From positions 42,284,001 to 42,348,000 of the forward strand of contig OZ287756.1 of NCBI GenBank assembly GCA_965649765.1: 64,000 bases of DNA, given 5' to 3'. This DNA is from Bispira polyomma. Taxonomy: Eukaryota. How positions within the stretch are numbered: position 1 is the stretch's first letter; each line of letters begins with the position of its first letter. Under the pieces are notes generated by a model. That model did no database searches. It saw only the letters and a program-made list of their open reading frames with translations, and was not told where the DNA came from. Shown here piece by piece: positions 1 to 12,497 of this stretch. The position numbers and the translations under genes were made by a program.

Positions 1-2250
1 TGCCATCTTGACAACAGATCTGCTGTTCTATTCAATTTTCCCAATATATGGACGTATTGAAACTCAATGTCTGCTTTAGCAGCAGTATACCAGATATTTC
101 GCGCGCAGGCTGCCAAAAAGGGGTCTTTTGCTTTGCCCAATTGTAATGCCCATACAACTGCCTGATTATCACATTTGACAAGGACTTTTTATCCAGCCCA
201 TTCACTTTGAAACAATCTAGCTGCCAACAAAACATTTACCATTTCCAAATGTACAATATTTAAGTTCATATAACCTTCAGGCACCTGCAGCTGATATACC
301 CAACTTTTCCATACACCTCCCAATCCTGTGAGACAGGCATCCAATTCTAACACACACTCTACAGGCCTATGATCATACATCGAGACTCCATTATACTCTG
401 GAAGAAACTTGCTAAACCACCTCTGCGAAAGTCACTGGTTATCTTAATGCTATTTGTATTACTCGAGCACCTGAGAAGTTCCAGCATTCTATTCAGAAAT
501 ATTCTGGCTGGTTTTACGCATTTATGCACATATAACAACAGTCCCAGCAATGATTGCAATTGACGTTTGGTACATGTGGTTTTTGTCAGCCATTTTGTAA
601 CTGTGTCTTGGATTGTTAGTAATTTGTCTTGAGGTATTGAAATTGTGGCTTTCACCGTGTCAATCAGAACCCCCAAACATACTGCCTGTGTAGCTGGAGT
701 GATCAGCTTTTTGGCACTGATGGTCAAACCTAGGTTTTGAAGAGTTTCAGTTAAGCAGTCATAGGATTTGTAAACTACAGAGGGCATACGGTATCCTATA
801 AAATCCTCGATATAGTTTATCACGCAGTAACCTTGGTTACGCACTACGTAATGCACTGCATCACTAATTCTCTGAAATATTTGGCTTCCATGCCTACTCC
901 CAAACGGGAGACATGTATCTAGATATGTACCTTGCCAATACAGACCTAGCAAGTCATAATCATGAGGGTCTATCTTCACGTGCCTGAACGCACGACTCAC
1001 GTCTATTTTATAAATCAATGCGCCTCTACCGAGTTTATTCAGTTCAGCAGTGATGTGGTCAATGGTTGGAAAAGTTAAATTGAATTCTACACCCAGATAC
1101 TGGCTCTTATCCACCCCCGCGTTTACCGAAGCCTCAGGAGGCCAACTCAAGTCGATAATTACTCTTCTGTTAACCAAATTTGGTTTTTCCCTGCTCATGA
1201 AAGGGGAGAAGTGGCCACCTTGAATTGGATGTTTGTCAAAAGGACCCAATATCGCCCCAAAGTCACCTTCTTCTTTTAAGTACACTTCCATGTCTTTTGG
1301 GTTTTCTGTGGCCGATTTGTGATTTTCACCTTCCCATCTCAAAGGGCATTGCTATTGAAATCAAGGGGGAACCCAAACTCTATTAATTCTGTCAACTGCT
1401 GATCCCAGTAATTTTTTAAAACTTTTTTCCAGTTTGTGACATTTAACTGAGAGGCAATTGGTATGCGCGCGCCTTTAAAGTTGTAATTACCCGTACTTTT
1501 GATTACTGAATGCTGCTGGAAGAGGTCTGTCACCTTACTAGGCCATTGACCCGTGCATGAACCCCCAGTAATTACCTCCGACAAAGGGATTAAACCAAAA
1601 TCAAATTCTGACTGATTTTTCCAAGTCATAAAGCTGAGTACAGTAGTCAATTCTATTTTGTCTAAGTCGGCCATTTTGGTCCTGCCTAGAATTGAATTGA
1701 TAAACTTGTCATCTGAGCTGTATTTGTTCACGTCGTACAACAACTGTCTGTGTCCCATCTCACCATTAACCGTGTTGCTTCTGTCAGTTGATTTTGTATA
1801 AACCTTACTGCAGGGAACATGTCCTAGTGTTTTAGTGCACGTGTCAGTTATGCGAGTGTCACTATTGTTGTGTTCAACCTCCCACAGGGCAAAGGTTACT
1901 GCTTTGTTAACCCTTTTTTCTGCCCATGAAGGTGTAAGTTTTTTGCCTTTGTCTATTGTGTTGGGCAAGCTTACACAACCCTTCTGCTTAGTTTCCCCAT
2001 TACTACTGTCTTTGTGAACACCACCCGTTTGTGTACACTGTTTGGTTTTATTGTTACTTTGAGTAAGCCCTTTTGTTGAATAGAAGGCTTTGGTTAGTAC
2101 TTTGGTGTGTACACTAGGTATTTCTGTCACTTTTGTGAACTTTAAGCTTTGTTTACACCTACGTGCCAACGTGGCTTCCATTTCCTTAATATCAACACAA
2201 CTGTTATATATTACTCGTGTCCTGTATGTATTTACCTTACTCTCATACAC
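1..2250 (-). pseudogene. pol: Pol (RT + RNase H) of the DIRS/Ngaro element, disrupted
   Basis: ORFs 2250-1339, 1342-359 and 380-189. Reading past the in-frame TAA at 191-189 gives KVLVKCDNQAVVWALQLGKAKDPFLAACARNIWYTAAKADIEFQYVHILGKLNRTADLLSRW. Frameshifts at ~1342 and ~420. The catalytic motif reads YIEDF instead of YxDD. Confidence 0.9.
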
Positions 2251-2378
2251 ACTTGTATCTGAGGCTTTACCTTTGTCTATATTTACTAGAACAGCTGTTT
2301 TGCTGCTAATACCTTCAACATTGACCTTTTTAATACAATTGTGATCATGAGTTTTGGTATTGCTGCCCTCACCTTGAT

Positions 2379-3568
2379 CTAAAGTTGAGCAGCTTGCTCG
2401 TTATTTGAAAAAATTTTCTTTTTGGCAAAATTACAGTCTTTTTTTGGATGGCTAAGTTCCCTTCCCCTTTCTAAACAAGTCGAACAAATATGCCTTTGCA
2501 TTTTTCCCCCCATTTCATGATCTTTAGTGTGAGTGCAGCTACCGTTTTGATAGTTTTTGCAGAACCAGGGTTTTCTTGTGGTTTCAGTACTTTTGCCCCA
2601 ATTCAATTTCCCTGAGACCGGAAGATGTTTTTGGGCATGTGCTCTACGGATTCTATCAATGCGAGAGGTGTTTTGCCAATTTACTGTGCCTCTTTCCATC
2701 TCACACAGTAAGACTGCATGAGAGGCCTTGGCCCCCTGCCACGAAAAATCTATTGCGTCTTCCATTAATTCTGACATGTACTGCACCATTTTATCCCTGA
2801 TTTTGCTATCACGCTCCTCCATTATGTTTCTACAGAACCCTTGTACCCACTGTGTGAGGGATAATTGATCATACACCAATCTTTGCCTACTACTGCCCCC
2901 CAGGATACACTCATGTGGCCACGCCACCCTAATTTTCACAACTACATCTACATTACCCCCTCTTTTTGACTTTATTTTTGAGTTCAAATGTTTACCTGAG
3001 CAAGTCCCTTCACATTCTAATTCTCTCAACCTGCTGTCGACTTGCCTTTGTATATCCTGTGAGGTTCTCAGTATTGACATAGAGGGTATTACCGACTCAT
3101 CAGACGATGTGTCATTATCACTTGAGACTGTTTTACTTTTTACTGTTCTTTTATCTTTACCACTGGGTTTATGAGCAAATGTATCACTATCACTTTCCAC
3201 AAATTTGTTTCTGTTTTTTCTGGGTTTTACTGTATTGTTTATATGAACCACTACTTAACTTTGCATTATCCCGTTCACTGTGCTGCTTCCGTGTGTCCGC
3301 CACGCGCTCCTCCACCACATCCAGCCTTGAATTGACCTTCTTCAGCTCTCTCAGGATCTGCCTCTGCATATTTTCCTCATCTTCATCTGAAGACGTCTCT
3401 GCTTCGGTCAACCTCGTCTCTGTGTGAGGGCTCTTCTGCTGCACCCGTTCTGCCAGCTGTGAACTCTCTTCTTCTTCTGTTTGCCTGTTGTACTTGACAT
3501 TTCTTACCCGTGGGTGGGTAATGTCTTGTCATACATTTTTTACATAGCGTTTTGCTACGGTTAGGCAT
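2379..3568 (-). pseudogene. gag: Gag-like ORF1 of the DIRS/Ngaro element, split by two frameshifts
   Basis: Three overlapping ORFs (3568-3383, 3444-3190, 3251-2379). N-terminal CKKCMTRHYPPTGKKC motif, coiled-coil-like QILRELKKVNSRLDVVEERV, VAWPHECI block, and C-terminal CKNYQNGSCTHTKDH...HICSTC...HPKKDC zinc-finger cluster. Confidence 0.8.
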
Positions 3569-3929
3569 TGTTATTAGTCACAGTTATATTAAATCTCTGA
3601 AATTATAAGCACAGTCCCCTGGAGCTGGTTTGACAATATCACGCTTGCTACCAAACAATATTAACAGATTGAAAGATTTGAAACCAAAATTGTTAAATAA
3701 TAATTAGTTTGTTTCGTCCCTTTTCTGCTGCCCTTTCGAACAAGTCAAGCATGAGGTTGTCAGATCAGCTCTATCGAGCACAATTTCCAGTATTTCCATC
3801 CATATAGTTTTTCTAGTGAATATCCACTCAGTAGTAAGTCACTTGCATTTAAAATTAATAACTAAAAACCATACTAAAAACGATAAAACAGTTTGTAAAT
3901 TCCATGTAAAAATGCTAGCACGTCTGTGT

Positions 3930-4125
3930 TCAGTCTCAAGTTTTAAACTGATGCATAATTAAGAAGCTTGGGGTTAGCCCTGACTATCAGCCAATGAGAA
4001 GTAAGTATAAACAATTTGAACCCCTGACAACAGGTGGGGAAACTCTTGTGATGTCATAAGCAGTTTACCTGTAAAAATTAGCCTGGTAACTTAAGAAATT
4101 ATTTTATTAAGGTAGGGGCAGGACT
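3930..4125 (-). promoter_or_regulatory. Putative Pol II promoter in the element's 5' terminal region
   Basis: GC-box-like GGGGCAGG (~4114), CRE-like TGATGTCA (~4049), CCAAT (~3991) and TTTAAAA (minus strand, ~3941), clustered about 400-550 bp upstream of the gag ATG. Confidence 0.4.
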
Positions 4126-5419
4126 GACACCCGTGAAGCCTAAACACCACGAGAGACAGTATATTTTAGTTTGAGCTATAATCATTTATATTAATGTTTT
4201 TTAGAAAAGTGTTAGCTGGAAGAAACTGTCTCTAATTTAAAATGTTTTAGAAGCTCACAAGTATTAATTTCCCTATTGGGCTTTGTTATAGTCTATGTAG
4301 CAATGCAATTACACATTTTCTCTTGTAATAAATTTTTAACTTATCCCAACTTGGTAACTGAATTGAATACTTCTGCAGTACATATACATTAAATGGTAAT
4401 TGTGATTAATGTGTTGGATTTTATCTATACACACAAGCGTACAAACAATGTTTAATTTATGACATAGTAACTATGAATGGAAGGGAGCATACAATGTTTG
4501 CTTTGCTTTACAAGTAGAATGTAAAAAAAAAAATTATACAGAGAACTCTGTGTTTTCCTTAATACATTGTTCATTGAAATTGTTGAAGCACAACTTGTTT
4601 GTTTTCTCATTTTTACTTAACAGGAAAAGTACTTAAAACAGTGTTTTCAGACATATAGTATTATAAGGTGGAATAAATATTTAAATGAATAAAAAAAAAC
4701 CATAAAATTAACGTGTCTTGAAACTGAAAGCTGACTGTATTTTAAGATGTTATTATTATAAACTCATCACAAGGTAATTGTGTAGAAAATCATCTGTATC
4801 TGATGACATATTGATGTATTCTTGAATAATGTAGATAACTGGAGTATCAGCACTGACCTAGTACACTCCGTGGAAGAGTGTCAAACCTTAAATAAACTAA
4901 TACAAAGGTGGTCCAATTTACACAATTTGTTTATCTTCACTTTAAATCTATCGCTTTCAACAACTTCAAATTATATCGGAATGGGTAGTTTATTGCTGGA
5001 CAAAAGCAATATATTGTAGGTGGTCAATGTTTTTTTGCACTCTATGTCGTTGGCCTACAGCAAGTCTATTGCAAACTTTTGTGACATTGCATTCTTGTCA
5101 AACAATTGTATATACTTTTGTTTGTGAAACTAAACCCAATAAATAATATAAAAAAATCTGCTGCCAACTTGCATACATACTTTGGCCAATAGTTGAACCC
5201 GACTAGATAGGTGTGTGTGGGGAGGGGGGATGTTACCACTACACCCAGAGGCCGTCTCACCAACAGGACACTCTAGGACATAACCCTTGTACCCTTTCCC
5301 TACGGTGGGTGCAGCATTCCATAATACTGAGCGGACATTTTCATTACTAGCATCACATATTTTCAAAAGAATACTTTCCGGTACTAGTATAAATAAATGC
5401 ACAGTAATCTAATGTAACT

Positions 5420-7000
5420 TTAATAGTGCTTAATCTCTCCTACTTAGGAGATTCAAAGGTGCAGACAGAATCCTTATTCAATTTGCATTTCCGTTAGACA
5501 AGCATGGGTCAGCACCATGGAGATGCCGGGTGAATTTAGGGCTGGAAAAGCCTTGTCAAATAGGTAGGCTTTAAGTCTTTTTCTAAAGGATGTGAGTGAG
5601 GTTGCACAACGAACTTCGGCAGGTAATCCATTCCAGAGTGTTGGAGCATCATAGGCAAAGCTGACATTTAGATTTGTGTACTGCTGAGATATATCTTGGT
5701 ACAGTGAGGTAACTTTTTTTCGGTCTGCTCCTTCTGGTATTATGAAAGCATGTGTAAGGTGTGAGGTATGGATTCCAGTATGCTGGAAGGTCATAATTTA
5801 AGAATCTGTAGACTAAAGTAGCTGTCTTGAACATACATCTGAGCTCAATGGGTAACCAGTGGAGACTTCTTAAGACCAGAGTAACACAGGAGTACTTGGA
5901 ATGTTGGCCACCAGTCCGGCTAACGAGTTTTGGATGCATTGCAACTTACAGATGTCGGCCTTTTATAAACTTCTATAAAAAGAATTACAGTAGTCCAGAC
6001 GACTTGTAACTAGGACATTTTCGACTATAGTAGCAGTACTGGCTGACAAATAGCGCCTAACCCTTCTTAGATCCCTCATTTGGATGAAACAATACTTGCA
6101 AACTTCATGAACTTGTTTGGAGAAGGAAAGCATGGAATCAACTTGTGCTCTTGATCCAAATATTATGAACTCAGTCTTGTCTGGGTTTAATTTAAGCTTG
6201 TTGGCAAACATCCATTTTTGAACATCACTGAGACAACTTTTTAGACTATCGAAAACAGTTGTGGCATTTTTATATGAGAGATGGGCATACAGCTGTGTGT
6301 CATCAGCATAAAAGTGGTACTTGATATTGCTATGTTTACTAATGATATAGCTGATCGTAGTGTACAAAGAAAACAAGAGTAGGCCCAGAACTGACCCTTG
6401 TGGAACACCAAACTCCAGCTTTCACACATCTGACAGAGTGGAGCCTATTTTGACAGACTGAAATTGATTTGAGAGATATAAAGTGAACCATGCGAGAACT
6501 GTACCATGAAAGCCGAACCAGATGACAAGTATTCAAGCAAGGTAGCATGATCAATGGTATCGAAAGCTGCCGATAGGTTAAGAAGGACTAGTGCTGTAGG
6601 TTCACCTCTCAAAAGAGATATATGTACCTTCATTTCTGATGGATAGAAGGGCTGAAGAGATTTTCTAAACCATTTTTGTTGATATGTTCTGTTTTTTGTT
6701 TTGCAACAATTCTTTCCACTAACTTGGAGATGAAAATTAGGCCTGATACTGGCTTATAATTCGTAAAGTTATTTTTTGGTAACGATGGTTTCTTTTTAAG
6801 GGGAGTTACTACAGCCTGTTTAAATTTATCAGATACAATACAATCTCAAGAGAGTGGTTGACAAGTCTAGTGATAGAAGGTAGAAGTATATCGATGCATT
6901 CCTTCACCAGGAAGGTTGGCCAGGGGTCTAATATACAGGTTTTAGTGGGGGATTCATTAATAGTTTTTTCAGAACTACATCTTGTCACGGAAAATATAGT
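5420..7000 (-). mobile_element. L2/CR1-group LINE, 5'-truncated, decayed ORF2 RT plus 3' end
   Basis: Fragments PTKTCILDPWPTFLVKECIDILLPSITRLVNHSL, LLNLSAAFDTIDH, YHFYADDTQLY, LKLNPDKTEFIIFG, TSRLDYCNS, LHWLPIELRCMFKTATLVY and APTLWNGLP...SFRKRLKAYLF, spread over several frames. Confidence 0.9.
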
Positions 7001-7669
7001 AATGAAGGAAAAATGATAATAATAATATGAAGGTAATTTCTGTTCGTTGATGGGCATCATACACTAAGAATAAGCTTGGCTATTGACTGCTATCTGACAG
7101 ACATGTCCATAACACTGAACTCGGTACCAGACTGAACTCGGTAATATATTAACAAGTACTGTCAATGCACATTATAAGGTATATGGGAGGTGGGAGTAAA
7201 CAACAACAACTTTGCGAATGGGCCACATAATAAAGTCCTACTCACTCTGAAACCAATCTGTATTTATCTTCGAACGAGCCAATCAGATAACTCATCTGTG
7301 TGGATTTCCTTTTCATGCTTGTTTCAGAAGCCAGTTTGAATATTTATAATCTGTTATTAAAATGATCATGTCAATCCAATTGTAAAAAATATTTTTTTTG
7401 TCACTATTTATTGTTTTAAAGTGCATTACATTAAAGTACAAGGACATTATGATGCTTGTGGCAGTTGAATGGGGATTTTCTGATCACCAAACTACTTAGC
7501 TTGGGAGTGGAACCGGAGACCAAGGACTGTATTCACAAATTTGCTTATTCGTACCTTGGCTGAGATTGTTAGCCATCGTCAATTGGTAGGTGTTAAGCCA
7601 ATTGAGTGCCTATTGCCATGATAGCCTACCTTTTCCACTTCTTGCATATTTGGGGCCCATGCATAGCGT

Positions 7670-7927
7670 GGGGCCGTGGTGGCCTAGTTGTTAGCTAACA
7701 TTGTGCTTCCTAATCAGTGGTCTCTCACCTCTGGGCGGCGCGAGTTCGACTCCCGTCAATGCCTATGTGGAAAAGTTGGTAGTTCCTTACTGTCGGCCGC
7801 TGGTTTCAGTGCAGAACCTTGATCAACTGTATGCAGTGTTTCCTCCAGCATTTCCAACCACCCGTCCCAATATAACCTAAACAAGTACTAGAGTGGACGT
7901 TAAATATTTCAATTCAAATTAAAAAAA
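7670..7927 (+). mobile_element. tRNA-derived SINE, family A, full length, older copy
   Basis: A-box TGGCCTAGTTG, B-box GAGTTCGACTCC, body and tail (GTACTAGAGTGGACGTTAAA...TTCAAATT) shared with the copies at 16960 and 19737. Degenerate TSD CCCATGCATAGCGT / CCCATGCAGTGCGT. Confidence 0.9.
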
Positions 7928-8948
7928 CCCATGCAGTGCGTACTACAGGCCATGGCAGTGAGGCAGTGTCACATAGGGCGTGTACGAGCTGGTGTAACAT
8001 ATCACGCATTACTGTATTACCCACAGATAACTGCATATGTATAGTAGTTTGTACTTATCTAGGTGTAAAAACCACAAAAAGATTGATCACAATGCTATCC
8101 AATTGGGAAGGTGAAGCTCTTGGTAAATCTTGGTAAAATTGTTTTGTGAATTTCAATAGTTGTCACTAAATAGACAGTCCAGAATTCCTCACCCCTTTTA
8201 ACATATATGATCTTGCAATAAATCTATTGAAACATAATTTATTTTGGGTGCAAGTAAAATATTAAATCATATATAGAAAATGAATTAAGATTACCATAGC
8301 TAAAGATATATACAATACAACGAGTAATATTTGTTGCAGAAAGCAACAAGAAAATATATTCAGACATCGTCTTTTATATGCTGCTGGTATTTACAGAATG
8401 AGTGCAGTGATCTTTAACTGGCTACATATACTTTGAGTACTACATCTAACTGCTTAATCGTTTGTTGTAATAGTTTTACAATGTCATTTGACTTTGAAAT
8501 TTAATGAAGCAAAGCATGTGTAACAGCCTTTCACAGATAACATAAAATGAATAAAGTAACTGGGCAGTAGTTTTAAGGGATTTCGAGCCCATCCCGTCCA
8601 TTAAAGTTGGTTTAGTGGTGGAAGGTAAACCCATGTTCATCATCGTAGGATAACATAATTTTGCAAGATGTGAGCATGCAACTACCATTTGGATGATGAG
8701 CACTGCTATATTGTATTTCTATAAGAGCCCTTATGGATGCTATGTCATCAGCTTTTGCACTATGTCAGTACTCAAAATACAAATCACTACGAATGACAGG
8801 ATATCATTATTAGCAGCATGACAGTGAGGTGACCTTAACTTAATGTGATAGACTTAAAGTGAAGTGAACTTAAAGTCAAGGTTTATTATCTGTAAACATA
8901 ATTGTGTAAACATTAAAGAGAGTTGTAAATATACATAGTTGTCGGAGT

Positions 8949-9152
8949 NNNNNNNNNNNNNNNNNNNNNNNNNNNNNNNNNNNNNNNNNNNNNNNNNNNN
9001 NNNNNNNNNNNNNNNNNNNNNNNNNNNNNNNNNNNNNNNNNNNNNNNNNNNNNNNNNNNNNNNNNNNNNNNNNNNNNNNNNNNNNNNNNNNNNNNNNNNN
9101 NNNNNNNNNNNNNNNNNNNNNNNNNNNNNNNNNNNNNNNNNNNNNNNNNNNN
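8949..9152. other. N-run (204 nt; assembly gap or mask)
   Basis: Run of n. Confidence 1.
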
Positions 9153-9517
9153 CTGGATGATTTGATCCCAGATTAAGCATATCCTAACACTTGTATGTAT
9201 TTTCACAAAAAAGCATGGCAATCACAATGTATTTTGGTGGTAGCTAAAGCATGGATTAGCTGCTTTACTTGACTTGTGACTTGATCTTTACAAAAGGTGT
9301 GACTTCTCTATAGCTGAATGCATGACATGATGCGGATATACTTCCTCATATCTGCTAAACTCCTGTCATTAAAGACGTTTGCGTCAGGCTGTTCTATGAC
9401 CCTGTTTTTAACATGTAATTATATTTTAATGTTTTTGTCTGTTGAACAATAATATAATTGATTTTCCTTCTCCTAATCGGGTACAAATGCATTTCCTGTA
9501 CATATGTCTTCGAACTT

Positions 9518-9641
9518 GGGGTCGCTGTGGTCTAGTGGTTAGCAAGCATTGAGCTTCACAATCACTGGTCTCTCACCTCTGGGATCGACTGGCGTGGGTT
9601 CGTACTAGAGTGGACGTTAAACATCCCAATTGAAATTCAAA
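9518..9641 (+). mobile_element. SINE family A, internally deleted (head fused to tail)
   Basis: tRNA-like head up to GGTTCG joined directly to the TACTAGAGTGGACGTTAAA tail. Degenerate TSD GTCTTCGAACTT / GTCTTCTAACATT. Confidence 0.85.
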
Positions 9642-10119
9642 GTCTTCTAACATTGAAACTGGAACTAATGACAGTAGTTCACTTTGAATTTCACATTACA
9701 AAGTATTTGATGCTTGCGAAGCCCATCGAGGTATTGACTAATTTAAAGTGCTATCTTTCTGGAAACCCCTGGAGTCTTTTATGCTGGATATACTTTATGT
9801 CAGGAGTCTTTAATCAGGGAACAACTTTTTTAAACTCAAGGTCAAATTAAATCAATCCTCATCAACATATAGAAATGATCAAATTGAGAACCATGATAAT
9901 GAACAACTTTAATCATTATAGCTCTAATTACCGTAAATGCTCTATTAATATAAAGTGACGTCCTCTTGATAAGAGCTGACCCGGGAAGTAGTTTGTAGGA
10001 GTGTGTTTATATTATACAGTACACGGCAATAAAATATATTTTTAATAATTATGTGCATTGATAGGGGTGGGCTTTAAAAAAATCATTTTCACCACAGTAG
10101 AAATGGGCTAAGAAACAAA

Positions 10120-10195
10120 TGTTAACATTTAGATTCACAATATATTCTGGGAGTGCACCCCCATAACCCTATACAAGATCCTGGATCCGCCTGTG
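10120..10195 (-). mobile_element. Fragment of a GGCGGATCCAGG-terminus non-autonomous element; second copy at ~46005-46070 (+)
   Basis: ACAATATATTCTGGGAGTGCAC...ATCCTGGATCCGCCTGTG matches the reverse complement of CATAGACGGATCCAGGAT...GTGCAACTCCAGAATATATTGT. Confidence 0.55.
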
Positions 10196-10364
10196 CTTAG
10201 ATGTTATCAAGTAATTTTTATGTGAATGAAATCTCACCAACTAAATGAGAAGGAATATAAGTCTTATTCACATCACGATATACTATAGTACATAGCCATA
10301 CATATTATTTCTTTGCTGTTTTATGTCCCGACAAATCCCATTCGGTTATAACCCCAAACAAATA

Positions 10365-10622
10365 NNNNNNNNNNNNNNNNNNNNNNNNNNNNNNNNNNNN
10401 NNNNNNNNNNNNNNNNNNNNNNNNNNNNNNNNNNNNNNNNNNNNNNNNNNNNNNNNNNNNNNNNNNNNNNNNNNNNNNNNNNNNNNNNNNNNNNNNNNNN
10501 NNNNNNNNNNNNNNNNNNNNNNNNNNNNNNNNNNNNNNNNNNNNNNNNNNNNNNNNNNNNNNNNNNNNNNNNNNNNNNNNNNNNNNNNNNNNNNNNNNNN
10601 NNNNNNNNNNNNNNNNNNNNNN
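10365..10622. other. N-run (258 nt; assembly gap or mask)
   Basis: Run of n. Confidence 1.
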
Positions 10623-10713
10623 CAGGATGATTGACAGCAAGCTGTATTATGTTTAGACTTATGTCTTTGGTAAATTCATTCTATAGATGTCTGTCGAGGT
10701 CCATTGTTAGCTG

Positions 10714-10721
10714 TGACGTCA
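10714..10721 (+). promoter_or_regulatory. Perfect CRE (TGACGTCA); candidate promoter for the isoform A transcript
   Basis: Palindromic CRE 2.6 kb upstream of the first coding exon, followed by a possible donor TG|GTAATT at ~10817. Confidence 0.3.
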
Positions 10722-12395
10722 ATTGAAGGCCTTCAATGGTGGCGTTAAGGAAGTAACAAACTCATTAAACTATAGTGTGTGTTATATACCTGGAGGCGAA
10801 AGGTCTGAAAACTTTGGTAATTCTTCATTACCTTAAGATATTGTACAATTCTTGTAAAATCACTTAATAAGCCTATGTGCTGGTATTTTCGACAATTTAT
10901 ATAGAATTAATATTTAAACTGAAATCCAAGGTGTTTATATGTCTGGATATTGTCAGATATTCTGCTACAACTATTCCGTGTGTTATTGTACATATCTTTA
11001 GCTATGGTAGTCTTAATTAATATTCAAACAATACAGTGACTAGTGATGTGGGGACTTTAAAATCTCAAAACCATTTTTTGTTTGTTTATTTTGTGTGTTT
11101 AAATGTTAAGGATAATGCTATTTAAGCCTACACTTATTTTCATTATATATCTATATATAATGAATATGTGCCTTATATATCTATAACACAAAGGTATTAC
11201 ATGAATACATATTGTAGTCATATTATTGGACTATATTGATGGTGTATTTAGGATTTAATCCAAACCTTATGTAAACTGTAACTTTTGGCCAGTCTTAAAG
11301 TGAGAATGAAATGTACATTAAAATAAATAGATCACACTAGTACAACTGATGGCAGTGTGTAACTCTATCCTAAATAATACATTTATTTGTGATCGCGTTA
11401 TGTGTGTTTGCCTTAATTTACAGTAACAATGATTGGAATGATACGTGGTATTAAGCATGATTGTAAGTATGGGTTTATGAAGACCTTCTTGACGTGTATA
11501 CCATTACAAAGCTCCAATGAACAAAACCAATATCTCATGACAGTCATATTCTTCTTGGTAAAAACTTAACCTCTTAAATGACAAAACAGTATATTTTAGC
11601 TATTGGTCTACGCGATATTATAACAGGTATTATTTCTATTAACACGTTATAAAATTTACAATGGCTTGGAAGCATCTACCCTAAATTACTAGATGATCCT
11701 ATTGAAGTCAACAATTTGTCATGATCTTGGAGAAAACAACCACCTTAAGTTACCCTTAAATTTAATCTATTATCTATGGTCAAAGGCAGAGCCCAGAGTA
11801 AAGGTACACAAATTAGCATAATACAATACTTGTGTAAGAATTAATTTACCCACACAAGTGTGCATGTTTATAGGTATGTTTATTTGTGTTCTGCATAAAG
11901 ATTTCTGGACCAGTTAATTGAGAAATAAATGATATTAACATGATTACTTTAACCTGGTTATCATCACACGAGTTTTTCATAAAGAACAACTTCTAAACTG
12001 TATTTCACCTGTTTGTATGGGTATACATGAGAACCTGAAGTTATTGTCAGATTTATTTCTTATGTAATACGATCTGACAGATCGGCATTTAACTAGTGTT
12101 TCTGAGGTGTAAAGGTGTGGAAATACTGTCAATTAATAGTGGGTTGTTTTTTGGAATATAACAGTGTACATAATACCAATGGAGACACATGTGGACTAAT
12201 ATATTTTGGAAATACACTATATATGTATGTATTTATTATTATCAATTTTTAATTATAAATTGGAATTTGCATGACGTGTTAAAAATATATAACTATTGTA
12301 TGCTTTGTCAGTGTATGTCCCAAATGAATTATATAAGCCAATCCAATCCAACTCAAATTGTAATGACATTGAAGCTATACATTCTATTTTTCCAG

Positions 12396-12497
12396 GATAA
12401 GGTCCTATAATTTTTTAAGACAATGTCATATCACATTCGTTTTCTGCACTCTGAGAACTTGTGGCATTTTGATTCCCATTGCATAAGATAACCTACT
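12396..12497 (+). other. Possible 5' UTR exon
   Basis: Pyrimidine-rich acceptor TTCTATTTTTCCAG| and donor CT|GTGAGT. Confidence 0.3.

Larger units (their letters stand above)
1..4160 (-). mobile_element. DIRS/Ngaro-group (tyrosine recombinase) retrotransposon, 5' part, decayed; cut by the window edge
   Basis: Gag with zinc fingers followed by RT and RNase H carrying DIRS/Ngaro-type motifs (GFPLDF, NHKSA, GAILGPF, HFSPFMSREK, RRVIIDLSWP, DVSRAFRHV, CLPFGSRHG, DACLTGLGG, NIVHLEM, CDNQAVV, HILGKLNRTADLLSR). No protease or DDE integrase seen. The 5' boundary near 4160 is estimated from the shift to AT-rich host-like sequence. Confidence 0.9.

Noticed and set aside
1335-1350. Programmed frameshift at GCC CTT TGA in pol
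   Set aside because: The required shift is -1 with no in-frame X XXY YYZ heptamer, and the element has many other lesions. Simple decay explains it.
7670-7755. tRNA genes at the SINE heads (also 9518, 14278, 16960, 27415, 32715)
   Set aside because: A/B boxes are present, but they run into SINE bodies and tails with TSDs. No acceptor stem or poly-T terminator.
8854-10640. ORFs spanning the N-runs
   Set aside because: Open only because N codons contain no stops.
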